In this document: positions 12,701 to 23,861 of the stretch, in pieces
Numbering within the stretch: the stretch's first letter is position 1
How the letters are laid out: every line of letters begins with the position of its first letter
Made by a program: the position numbers and the translations under genes
Source of the DNA: Bispira polyomma
Taxonomy: Eukaryota
Reading direction: 5' to 3'
Assembly (NCBI GenBank): GCA_965649765.1
Contig: OZ287756.1
Location: 44,950,001-45,014,000 of the forward strand
Length of the DNA stretch: 64,000 nucleotides
Notes under the pieces: generated by a model
Database searches by the model: none
What the model saw: only the letters and a program-made list of their open reading frames with translations
What the model was told of the DNA's origin: nothing

Positions 12701-15700
12701 AACAAAGATTATACACGAAAATCGTACACATGTACACACACCTTATGGTGATTCTGGGGATACAACCAATAGAAATAAAAAATTGGCAAGTATAACAGGT
12801 CAAGACAAGTTCCATTTGGGTACCACAGATACTGTAATAGATGTTTCTAATGTTGGTGTTCAATGTCCACAGGACAGGGAAAGTAGTGGTCATAATGTGT
12901 TACATTCCACACAAGCATATGTGGAGATTTCGAAAACAAATTGGGAATTTTGCACCGAGATTGGGGGACCATTGTTCCCCGTGGTTTTCGTGAACTCTGT
13001 TCACTCAGAAATTAATGGGTTTTATACCTGGAGGGATGGGGGTCACACAAAAGGGAGTGCATTGGAAAAATGTCTTGGCACTCCAATAGGTCCTATTTAT
13101 ATTTTAGAAAAATTCTATACACAGGTAACCATCATGGAAAGTCATGAGGACATTATGGATGTTCATAATGTATACATTCCTACGGATACTGATCACATGG
13201 TGGCTAGAAATACCTCCTATCATTATAAGAAAGACATTGAATGTCAGCATCGGCATAATGTTAATTATACTACATATATAACTAACTTAATCCATAAGTT
13301 GATTGAAGCTGATGATATAGTCACACAGCCATTTCATAATTGTACAAACTTGGACATGCATGAAGGGAAGACAAAACTTCATTGCAAGGACAAGTCGCTG
13401 GATGGAGGACAAGCAAATATCACAGTGTATGAATTTAAGGATCATGGTTCCGAGATAGATAGTCAGAATAAGGCAATTAAGGATTTTAACTTTCCAGATA
13501 AGGATAAGGGTTTCATTCCTTTAAGTCATACAGAATTTGAATTCTGTGGCCCAGATAGGGCTCCAATTAAAATTGCTACAGTGCAACAAATGGTGGATAT
13601 AGCTCACACAATCAAGGATTCTGGTTGTGCCAATTATAAGGGTGCCAGAATACCAATAGCTTCTGAATTACAAATCCAGGCTTGGGAGAAGGTTTTGATT
13701 GATTATCCGGATAAGTTGTTACTCCAATATTTAACTTTTGGGTTTCCACTTTCTCTTGAGCATTCTGAAAATTTAACAGTTAAGGAAGTTTCTAATCATA
13801 GTTCTGCCCTGCAACATGCAGAGGCAGTTAGTCAATATATCAGTAAGGAACAAGTTCATGGTGCCATGTTAGGTCCAGTTAAGAAAGTCGATAGCGAGTT
13901 GTTTCACTGTTCCCCCTTACTCACTCGTCCTAAAGACGGAAATAAACATAGAGTGATCCTTAACCTCTCTTATCCGGAAGGCAGTTCAGTTAACAGTAAT
14001 GTAGATAAGCAACGCTTCGATGGAGTCGAATTCGCTTTAAAGTTCCCTACCATAGATGACATTGTAGCAAAAATCAGGGATACCGATAATCCTAAGATAT
14101 TCAAATTGGATATTTCGAGGGCATTTAGGAATTTAAGAATAGATCCGGTCGATGCCATGAAGCTAGGTATCTGTTTTAATGAATATAAGTACATTGATCC
14201 GGCTATGGCGTTCGGATGGATACACAGATCCGGAGCTTTTCAGAGATGCTCTGACGTCATAGCTTACACCATGCGCAAACGTAAACATACTATATTTTGC
14301 TACATTGATGACTACATCGGAATATCACCTGCTCATGAGGCAGAAGGCGCTTTTAACGATCTTTATGAGTTAGTAACGTCCTTGGGTCTTCCCCTGAATC
14401 CGGACAAGATCTCACGTCCTAGTACAAGTCTAACTTGCCTGGGGATAGATATTGACATAGAGGAGGGCGTTATTAGTATTTCCAAGGAAAAATTGGAACA
14501 AACTTACGAATGTTGCCAACAAGCTTTTAATAAGAAGTGGATGTCTAGAAGAAATTTCCAATCTGTTTTAGGCAGGCTTCTATATGTTCATAAGTGTGTT
14601 AAGCCGGCTAGGATTTTTATAAATCGATTATTAATGGCTTTCAGGAAGAATGCTCATGCCAAGCGATTTCATATTACTAATGATATCAAAGCAGATTTGC
14701 TCTGGTTTATACGGTTTCTTCCCTTGTATAATGGCATAACTTATATCGATCCAATAATTCCTCCTCACCAGAATGAAGTATTCATTGATGCGTGTTTAAC
14801 TGGTTTAGGGGGGCTTTATACTGACCAAGTTTTTGCTTCTCCATTTTATAACATCTATAATCAGCGGCTGTCTATAGTGCACATTGAAATGCTTAATATA
14901 TTAATTGCCTTGCGTGTGTGGGGGATACAGTGGAAACATAAGAGAATAATTATTAACTGTGACAACATGGCTGTGGTACTGGTAGTTAGGTCTGATAAGA
15001 CTAAGGACCAATTTTTAGCTTTATGTTTAAGGAATATGTGGCTGCTTACTGCAGCTTATGACATTACTTTGGTCATTCAGCATGTTAGGGGGAAGGACAA
15101 TACTATAGCAGACATTTTATCAAGGTTATACTCAGATCACCCACCAACTGGTCACCAGGTCGACATGTTACAAACAGGATATAAATGGCATAGTATTCCT
15201 ATTCACTACTTTAACTTGAATTTAAATGTTTAATTGTAGGAACCAACACCGTGACTCAACACCTTATGAATTCTGCATGGAAACGGGTCTCTTCAGCATT
15301 ACGTCCAAAGACTACTGCTACATACAACCAACAGTTTAGAACTTTCGTTGCTTTTCTTATATTTGTTGGCATACAGGACATTTCAACTAATTCTGTTATA
15401 GCATTTTTGGAGTACCTGGCGCAAAACGGCTCTTCCCCTAATGTTTTAACCAACCATTTATCAGCTCTAAAGTTCACAGCTAACAAACTATATTGGAACC
15501 AAAATATTTTCGAAAATCCTTCAGTTGCCATGTTTATTAGGAGTTTGTCACATTCTTCTACTTTTAGACCTCAACCTAGGGGTATTTTTGATATTACACA
15601 TTTACAACAGATATCTAAAGCATGTGACATTCTGGGGGATCCCCCATTATATAGGGCAATATTTCTGGTGGCATACTTTGGATTCCTTAGAATCTCAAAC

Positions 15701-16604
15701 ATTGCTCCACATTCCAGAAATAAATTTGACCCAACGCGTCATTTCCTTAGAAAGGATGTTGTGTTTGGCCATCCTGGAGCTCATTTAATACTTAAATGGG
15801 CTAAGAACTTACAAAATAGATCAGAACATCATGTAATTCAATTACCCCAACTGCAGAATATACATTTGTGCCCAGTCAGGGCACTTCATAAATTGTTAGA
15901 TTCAAGGCCTTTGCCTGTAGAGTGTCCACTTTTTGTTACTGCAAGTTGTCCTCATGTTCCCATTGTGGAGACTCATGTCAGACATTCTTTAACCTTGGTC
16001 TTACAACATATAGGTATACCACACAGAGGTCATAGTTTCCACACATTTAGAAGGTCAGGAGCTACCTATGCTTTTAACAATAACGTTTCTCTCCAAAACA
16101 TTATGTCTCACGGGTTATGGAGATCTTCAGCAGTCTGGGTTTATCTTCAGAAAACTCCTCAGGCTGCTGCAACTATTCCCCTTGCCTTTGCTTCTTCTAT
16201 CCCTTCTTCCCTTTAGTTTGGCTTGGGATATTTTAAAATTCTCTCTTTAAATTTTAAAAAACTTGAAAATTTTTAACCTACCCTGTATATACCTTACTAA
16301 TGTGTATATAAAATAAACCTCAAACTACTATCTATTAATTTAATTTACTTCACCTGTAATTACTACAAGGTCACATAGTCTGCTTCTTAAACTCTATATC
16401 TTTACCTCACTTTGCGAACAGGAGAACTGGAGTATAAATACCTAAAATGACATATTTTATTTGTGTCCAAGCATTCTTCATCATCTGTATATCCGATTTT
16501 AGCATCTTTACCACATCTCTGCAACCGAGAATCTGGGGTTTTGTTGTGTATTGTCCAAATGTAGATGAAATACAACCAAAACACAAAACATAGAAAAATA
16601 ACAT
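9717..16604 (-). CDS. Short secreted collagen, chain B, copy 1 (exons 16604-16442 and 10402-9717; 282 aa); intron carries a 5.6-kb YR retroelement
   Basis: Signal peptide MLFFYVLCFGCISSTFG, phase-1 GT-AG intron, 70 Gly-X-Y triplets with one interruption, C-terminal GCRAGELDKICVNLE. Confidence 0.88.
11139..12452 (+). CDS. Gag-like ORF1 of the Ngaro-like element
   Basis: 437 aa with a basic N-terminus, a heptad segment (LNRMEQSNADIARRLDQIE) and a C-terminal Cys/His cluster CKLFNSGKC...HACWHC...HPEFKC. Confidence 0.9.
   Translation: MGRAKKTPAKAAPKSRRQKKSTVKGTKGNVAYSTDMNESIIGDLRVPSEQALCSHQNSPQAGGSTFPMAASVDLQHPVPQMLQPATSLNTTSDNVAILTMLNRMEQSNADIARRLDQIEARGLTPVQTTAVSTTAFQPAYVPSPVVQPTNGYGNITASTASVVQPASVSSTALPPVYVQPTSGYGHLVGPTTTASTSAEYTRDGIVPRTDVLRSMPEVQALVNQRLAEHEVRAQAIFNQGKVNSRQKSGRYNNTDTAATDPRMKWANEGWSGGSSRKRPTFDELSLPHWAAGQLCNALLISDNQLLRDMIQQVVLSLKDASSLPWEVVRTAWATSMQEVEEGRLTWDNTTQWSLNRISASQTVMANSSHNTGSAGAYTGRSTICKLFNSGKCSQKNDHGNYKHACWHCATILNKDSPHPEFKCYKANATKQLENKHS
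12453..15233 (+). CDS. Pol ORF2 (uncharacterised N-terminal region, reverse transcriptase, RNase H), in frame with gag
   Basis: Motifs SPLLTRPK...RVILNLSYP, KLDISRAFR, YIDD, DACLTG, CDNMAVV and NTIADILSR. The frame is open from the codon immediately after the gag TAG. Confidence 0.95.
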   Translation, partial: DIDRLPVKGTLAVSCRDRTVETNVSKSIDLKDNGIVNYDDEDILLSHLQIIHNDKQCMHNMIDINDTGITTQFEGNQMEHNEQTKIIHENRTHVHTPYGDSGDTTNRNKKLASITGQDKFHLGTTDTVIDVSNVGVQCPQDRESSGHNVLHSTQAYVEISKTNWEFCTEIGGPLFPVVFVNSVHSEINGFYTWRDGGHTKGSALEKCLGTPIGPIYILEKFYTQVTIMESHEDIMDVHNVYIPTDTDHMVARNTSYHYKKDIECQHRHNVNYTTYITNLIHKLIEADDIVTQPFHNCTNLDMHEGKTKLHCKDKSLDGGQANITVYEFKDHGSEIDSQNKAIKDFNFPDKDKGFIPLSHTEFEFCGPDRAPIKIATVQQMVDIAHTIKDSGCANYKGARIPIASELQIQAWEKVLIDYPDKLLLQYLTFGFPLSLEHSENLTVKEVSNHSSALQHAEAVSQYISKEQVHGAMLGPVKKVDSELFHCSPLLTRPKDGNKHRVILNLSYPEGSSVNSNVDKQRFDGVEFALKFPTIDDIVAKIRDTDNPKIFKLDISRAFRNLRIDPVDAMKLGICFNEYKYIDPAMAFGWIHRSGAFQRCSDVIAYTMRKRKHTIFCYIDDYIGISPAHEAEGAFNDLYELVTSLGLPLNPDKISRPSTSLTCLGIDIDIEEGVISISKEKLEQTYECCQQAFNKKWMSRRNFQSVLGRLLYVHKCVKPARIFINRLLMAFRKNAHAKRFHITNDIKADLLWFIRFLPLYNGITYIDPIIPPHQNEVFIDACLTGLGGLYTDQVFASPFYNIYNQRLSIVHIEMLNILIALRVWGIQWKHKRIIINCDNMAVVLVVRSDKTKDQFLALCLRNMWLLTAAYDITLVIQHVRGKDNTIADILSRLYSDHPPTGHQVDMLQTGYKWHSIPIHYFNLNLNV
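15240..16216 (+). CDS. Tyrosine recombinase ORF3 (probably reached by splicing, exon start 15240)
   Basis: Catalytic signature R (GFLRISN), K (WAKN), HxxR (HTFRR), H/W (HGLW) and Y (VWVYL). Confidence 0.93.
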
Positions 16605-16817
16605 TTTTAGCCTATCTTTAAATATAATATTTAACTTTGTCCCGTCCTTACTTACACAGATCTGAATTCTGAATTAATGTTTTCAGTCGTCATAAGTGTG
16701 TACTATATGATATATTGGCAACTTTCCAAGGTCGTAATATATGTACCAAATATACAAAGAGGAAGACAATTTCTATATTGTGGGCCTCAGTTTAAAGAAT
16801 ATAGGGAGACATCAAAC
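16605..16817. promoter_or_regulatory. Putative bidirectional promoter between divergent collagen genes, copy 1
   Basis: Only 213 bp separate the two oppositely oriented ATGs. Promoter function is inferred from geometry alone. Confidence 0.6.
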
Positions 16818-17994
16818 ATGTTAAATATGCCTGTTTTTCATATTTTAACAATTTTAACATTATCCTTTGTATTGGTTTCTAGCCAAAAAACTTTTCAGTG
16901 TGGATTATTTATGTGTGACAGCAAAATACAGTACTTGGTTAATAGCATAGATACTTTAAAAAGAGAATGGGCACAGGCAAAGAAAATATTATCAGGAATA
17001 GTTTTAAATGTACATATTATGAGCTACAATTATAAGTTTAAATATGATGTCAATAAGAAATATTGACAAACCTGTATTGATAGATTTCTGGCTAATTACT
17101 TTTATGTTATAAAATGTTATTTATTGGTTATTATATTATACCTCTCTGTCTGCAAGTGCATATAATAAGTAAGATAATGAAGTTTATTCATATAACCCTA
17201 TTTCTAAAATTACTAAAGCCACTTTTTTATAGTTTTTTCAAATAAAACAATATTTGCTTCTGATATACTTTACAGTTAGTAAAATGTTCAAAACACTGTA
17301 TAATATTAAATACATTAGACATATTCTATTTTCAGCAGGCAACTTGACGGGGGAGCCTGGACCAGTTGGCTTTGCTGGTCAACTGGGTGCAACAGGCTAT
17401 ACTGGAAATGTTGGACAACCCGGTGAAAGAGGCAAGCTTGGAGACACAGGGTATACTGGGGCCACAGGCCCAGATGGGGTTGTTGGAATTAAAGGCCTAG
17501 CGGGTCCTATTGGTGATACCGGATTACATGGGATCAAAGGGTTTCCTGGACAACAAGGTCCTAAAGGGATTAATGGTGATACTGGAGCAACTGGTGCACA
17601 GGGAGTACAAGGTTCCAAGGGACTGTTAGGATCCAAAGGTGAACCAGGTCTTAAAGGATACAGAGGGGTGAAAGGTGGGTCAGGATCAACAGGAGATAAA
17701 GGTCAACAGGGTTCAGAAGGTAGACGTGGCAATAAAGGCATTAAAGGTCCAGATGGAGGAAGAGGTGTGATGGGTCCAATTGGACAGAATGGTGCCAGAG
17801 GATATTATGGTCCATCAGGTGATAAAGGTCCAGAAGGTGCTCCTGGACCACCAGGCTCTAGGGGTAACCGCGGGAACAATGGGGCTTCAGCCAAGGGCGA
17901 TACTGGTGATACTGGATACACAGGTGGAAGTGGTGAACGTGGAAGTACAGGACACACAGGCTGGCCTGGTCCAGCTGGTAGATATATAAAGTGA
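16818..17994 (+). CDS. Short secreted collagen, chain A, copy 1 (exons 16818-16995 and 17336-17994); splice donor mutated, possible pseudogene
   Basis: Signal peptide plus 70 Gly-X-Y triplets. The donor reads GA at 16996-16997 where copy 2 has GT. Confidence 0.8.
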
Positions 17995-20900
17995 GCAATG
18001 GATTTCTGCAAAAAACGACAGTTCTTATGCTACAGTTGTCACTTATATGTATTAACTTCAAACATGACATTTTGAAATAAATTTAGATTTGTGAGAAAAT
18101 CCAGCAGTATAACATCTGATAATGAAAGACAGTTTGATATATATTAACTTTGATTCATGGCTCTTTAATTCAGAGGCCATGTTTAAAATACTGATTATAT
18201 ATTTAATTAGTGGTGTCAATTTATATTGAACTCTAATATTCCATTCCAGAAATTTTGATTACTTTAGCAAATAACATGTTTGCTAAAAGAAACAGCTTAA
18301 CTTGAAATAGCAATAAATTTTAGATTTATTTGTGTTTTAATATTGCATGATTATTGTCAGATTTTAAATGTTTATCTGTGGAATATTTCTAATAATAAAT
18401 ACAAATATGGAAGCAATTTATTGAAATCATGATTAAAATATTTCTTTAAGTGTACCGAATATTAAAAATATAATAAATTGTTTCGCAGAATACTTTTTAA
18501 GCACCAAAGCCTCACGTTCAAATAAATTGCACCTTGTATCACATCGCATATTGATGTAGCATAATATTTATATGGCTCGCATTTAAGGTTGATTAAAATT
18601 GAAATTTAAGGAAAAGTTTTTTCAAGTTAAAATAGTTAAAGTAATGCAGCCTGTAGCTTTGTTTTAAGTTTTACTATAGGTAATATTTAACAGTTAACGT
18701 CAATTTAAATTAATTTTGAAATTTTAAATTTTAAAAAAGAATAATTAAAAAAACTAACATGTCTGTTGATCACATCCACAAATCTGAGTTTTTCGCTATT
18801 GATATGGTTTGCAGCATTTATTTTTAAAAGTGTGGCCCAATCACTCCCAAAGTTTTTGACATGACTGGAAATAGAAAATAGGGAAGTTTTTAAAAATAAT
18901 AATTGTAAGCATAAACTCTGATTATTGATATTATCTTGCCATACTTTGCCATGGGGAATTGTGATGTTCAGTAATGTGAAAAGGAATCATCTCTAGAATA
19001 TGGGCCTCGGGATATTATTTTATGTGGCAGTAATTAAGTCTAATGCCATTTTGTCTGCAGCTGATATTGCGATTAGAAAACTTCATTTCCAGAACAGCTA
19101 TTTCATATTATATTAAGTTATTATTGTCTTGAAGTTAAGTCACATGCTACTTCTTAAAATATGAAAATAACAAAGGTAACCCTTAAGAGGAAAAAGAGTT
19201 TTTTAATGTATCAGATCATTGAATTGTGAATGCAATGATGTCAATTCGATGTTTTCTAATCGTAACAATAACCATGTAAATAATTTGATTCAAAATAAAA
19301 CTACCAGTAACATACACATTTGGATATAATTAGGTATGTTTACCAGTGTACACATTGTCAATAATGTCAATTAAAATTAATGCCTGTCAAAACTTCCTTG
19401 TCTTTTAAAATACCGCTATGTATGTTTGTCTGCGTCGGTTTGCATAAGGAATATTTGTGCGCCTGATTGACATTTGTTGATGGCTTTAATTGTAATTTAA
19501 TCCTACTTTGAGGTGACTTAAAACGTTTGTATTAGTTTATGTTTACGACAGCTTAATTAAAATGGCATAATCAATGTTACTGTTCATACATCTCCACGAT
19601 CTTTTGTTCACCCAAAGTTATTGGAATCAGTGACAATTAAACAAACTAATCAAATTTATAATAAATATTTGTACCAATACAGTTGATCACACTCTAGTCC
19701 CCTTAACCAAAAGATTTATCGATGCCAAATATATATTTAATCAAGTTGGGAATCCTAACCGAGAGCATATAACAGGTATAATTGGTAAAGGCCGTGGGGT
19801 CAACTCTCGAAGTTTGTCATGTACTTTGTTGTAGGTTGTTGCTTTACAGTACAAATATTCAGTGAACATTGATTTTGGTTGGTTGTACCTTTGGTAGCAC
19901 ATATATCACCTAAAGTCAGAGTAGATAAGATTGCTGATTTCCACCACCAATAAATCCTGCTGCCAAATATATTGCAATAATAAATTAAAATATATATCAT
20001 GAAAATATTGAATCTTATATTTAATATAATTAATACAATAATAATAATAAATATTATTCATTAGATATAGCACATTTTGAACATCACTGTTATCAAATGC
20101 GCTTTGACATTATTACCCCAGCCTGGGTTCTACCACTTGTCAACCAATTGTTCAGTCTCAGCTCCCTCAGGAAGCATAGTAGCCGTGCAGCCACATATGG
20201 CACAAGTCTGAAAACACCCATTAGAACCGTGGCTCTGAGATCACTCAGATCAAAAGCCTGACAGTCTAACCGCTTATTATAAGAGAGTACTAAAGCTTGT
20301 TGAATTAAATTTTTCATTTTCATTCCTCTTTTTGCATTTTACAACCCTGAGAGTAATTTAACTGAAATGTTTAAATGTGTTTAAAGAGTGAAAGATTTGT
20401 TGGAACTAAAATTGGAAAACTGCAATTATTTTATTAAATGGGTGTTGGTATTAAAGTGCCTATCATTATAACAATTCAGTAAACAATTATCTTGCGATAA
20501 GTTAAAGATTCAGTAAAGCAAGGAAAGATATACATTCATTGGGGTGTACAACGCCATGTTTTCATGTTACCCAAAAGCTGTGAGATTTTGGCATCTCATA
20601 TGCTATGTTTTTGAAAAGCCTTTTTAATGCAAATGCAAAGTCTACAAAGATTTGTGTGGATATAACATACACATTTAAAGTATTTTCTGTGTATATTTAT
20701 GTACATCAATTTTCATTGAATTATTTTGTCCTATTATTAAATTATTTTCTAGTCGGCTTTTAAACATTTAGTTTAAAAAGCATCAATGCAATTTTTCTTC
20801 ACAGAATATGATATGGGTTGAATAACCATAGAAAGATGTGTTTGCAAATTTTATTCTATTTTTATTTTTATAATAAAGCAAACAAAGGATTTAGGGAAAC

Positions 20901-21112
20901 ATCTATGTTACAACATACTTATACACAGGAGACACCATGAAGTTACCATGAAAGATTCCTACTGTTTCCTAACCCAAACCATTGTATTTAATCTTCACAT
21001 CCCTTTAAATGGTTCAGTACCACATATATTGCTAACTGGCAAGTAGAGGTCCACCACAAAGATAAGCTTTTGCCACTCAAAATTTGTTTGTTTGCGTTTA
21101 ATGTAATGCTGT

Positions 21113-21920
21113 TTAGGTTGACGAGTGCACCCACCTTTTTAAAAAGGTTAATAGAAAGAGTTTGATCAGGGTTGCAATATGAAAAAAGTGATACTTTGAA
21201 AACTAAATGACATATTCAAAACAATATTTCAATAGACTAAGAGCGGCCAACCTAAAGCTGTCCCTAGTGTAATCTTTTCCTACATAGATTAGAGGTTATA
21301 GGTAATGTTGCGTATTGATCAGTTAGGAGTTGGACAATTCAAACTACTATCAAACAAATTAGAAGCTTCTTCCTATTACCGTAATTTCATCAGAAACTTT
21401 TCAACAATACTAATTAGACAGACATACACACCTATGACAAAATTTCAATGGACATCAAAATGTAAAAAAGTTTTCAGTAAGCTTAAGTCTTGTTAAGTAA
21501 GTGTACCAATTTTTACATATCCTGATATATCGAACCATTTATCTCAGACACTGACACAAGTAATGTTGGCATAGCAGCAGTACTATCACAAAAATCTAAT
21601 GTTCGTTGTACAGAATTGGTACTTACAATTATACAATCATTCATTGTTCTGTCAAACTTCATGGTAATGACGATGCACCATCAAAAAGGGCATAATTTAA
21701 AGCACGGAATGGTAGTAAGGACAATCATTAGTAACCCAACAAATGATGGAACATCATTTGAATCACGAATTCAGTGTTACACATCAGATGATTGAAAAAG
21801 CGAGTCACAAAACAAAGACTTGTCATTGATTTTTGGAAGAATAAAGGTGTCAAGCCATCCTGGCATGATATTTTAAGATATTCTACCACCCTTAAAAGTT
21901 ACTGGTCACAATGGTACAGG
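21113..21920 (+). mobile_element. Decayed Gypsy pol fragment (duplicate of 6930-7737)
   Basis: Same motifs; the ORF at 21305-21496 translates identically to 7122-7313. Confidence 0.8.
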
Positions 21921-23861
21921 TAGACTTGCTTACAAGTCTTTACTGTTGCTAAAGCACTGTATGACGGCTTTTTAAACAGTTCCTATTCATTCAAAAGGGG
22001 GCAGCACCAGTCTTTTTATAACTGCCAGCTTCTTTATTTTATCCAAAATGTCAATCCACACAGGGATATAGAGTAAAAGTCATAATGCCCTTATTGAGGG
22101 ACCTTGCACAAGGGCTATGGGACAGGTAGACTTGCTTACAAGGCAAATATCGAGGCTTCCCTACAAAACCCACTCTCATTACCTTTATTTAATATGTAAT
22201 GCATTGACTATTAAAGTTCAACTTGCAAAATATTTTGTTCCATTTATATATAGTGCCATGAATAATGACAATCAGGTGTCTTCATTGTGCAGTAGACTAG
22301 CTATTCAAGGCAGTACTTCTGCAGTTAGTAAAAACATTGTTGTTTTAGCAGATTTAGTGAAATATGATACATACTTTATGTTCAAAATGCAAACTTCTCA
22401 CTAAATGAAATTGATAGTCTACTCTACTGAGTCCGATAAAACTATATCTAATGTCATCAAAGACTGTATTTTCTTAAGGGACGAAAGATCGACCAGGTTT
22501 TCTGTTCACGAGTTAACATATATGATCAATGCTCTCTGTATTGATTGATTAACCTGAATTTTATCTACAGTGTCTGATTGTATATCCAATGTATATAGTT
22601 TATGTGATTATAGAAAAACTACACACCAGCTGTTTTTTTTCTTGTTTTTTGTTTCTATTTCCTTCTTTGTAAACATTGTATGTATGTCAAATTATTGTGG
22701 TGATTGTACAAATACTGAATAAATAATAATAATACAAACGAAAATCTGAAACTGTGTGACGGTAATATAATTCTACGCTTAAACAGAGATCTTTCATGGG
22801 TGTACATTTAAAACAGCCTAATTAATCTGGTATAATCAAACATTGTTTCATCTCTTGACTAGTGAGACAATCATGCGATACACTTGCTTGTTTATTTCAC
22901 TTATTTCAATTCCAGATTAGTGTAATCGTTGACAATTCATAAACATGATCAATTGCTATTAAATATATTTTTCCTCACAATTTAATTCCCTGAATTGAAC
23001 AATACTTTGATCGCAAGATAGTCTGCATTGCCTGTAGATTGGTAATGACTCACGTGGTTGAGCTAATTAAAGTAAATAAACCAAATTGCTCATTTTTCAA
23101 ATGTTGATGGATTTAAGTAATAATTTAACAAACATATTAAATGTTTTAGCTGTTTTTAAATATTTTTAATACAAGACTAAGCCATACTATATCCCTATTT
23201 GAATATATTAAGACATATCTATTCATTTGCTGTAAGTTGTTGGTTTGAGGTACAAATGGAAAATGAAAAGTAATCCATTGGAAGTTGAATTATTTAATAG
23301 ATATGGTTAGATTTTCTAGGTGTCAGATGAATGATATATAGCTTATGAAACAAAACAACAACATAACTATAAGATATCTAGCAATAGGTCAAGCGGTTTA
23401 TGTAGCATATATATATCATAACAGCAAAGCTCAAGTGTTTAAGGTATTGATAAAAACAATATGACAATATTGTTACAAGTCGACACACTTTAATGTTACT
23501 GGAGAATTATACAGACATACAACTTTAATTTTGATTTTAGACTTTAGGGATTCTCTTTAATGTAGGAAATATTAAGCTTAATCAATTTTAGCTCGAGTGT
23601 TTAAGTTATTTGTAAAAAAACATATTCCTCAATTTGACATACTCTGGTTGTGGTTTTCATCCAATCTATAGGTATCTGACAAACTTGTCCTGAAGATATT
23701 TTTGAAATCAACTTTTGGTAGTGTTGACTTCTTGATAAGGGGGGTTACAACATAGCAAGCTTTAAAGCACCCCGGAAAGTTCCACTGAGTAAGAAAGATC
23801 TACAAGCTTAATGAAAAGAGCTAGCAATATTGATACAAGTTGACACACTTTAATTTTCCGG

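Larger units (their letters stand above)
10805..16429 (+). mobile_element. Apparently intact Ngaro-like tyrosine-recombinase retrotransposon (5625 bp)
   Basis: gag, RT/RNase H and YR ORFs are all open, with no methyltransferase after RNase H. The empty site atgaaat|gagtataaa at 24945-24960 fixes the ends. No target-site duplication. Confidence 0.95.
6555..20740 (+). repeat. Young tandem segmental duplication, copy 1 (about 8.56 kb plus a 5.6-kb retroelement insertion)
   Basis: Near-identical to 20741-29235. ORF pairs are offset by about 14.15-14.18 kb before the insertion and about 8.5 kb after it. Boundaries are approximate. Confidence 0.9.

Noticed and set aside
15251-16216. Phage integrase or bacterial contamination
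   Set aside because: The YR is part of a gag-RT-RNase H-YR retroelement inserted in a spliceosomal intron.
16677-17066. 129-aa ORF and the TTG start at 17254 as standalone genes
   Set aside because: They are exon 1 and exon 2 of chain A extended into the promoter region or intron.
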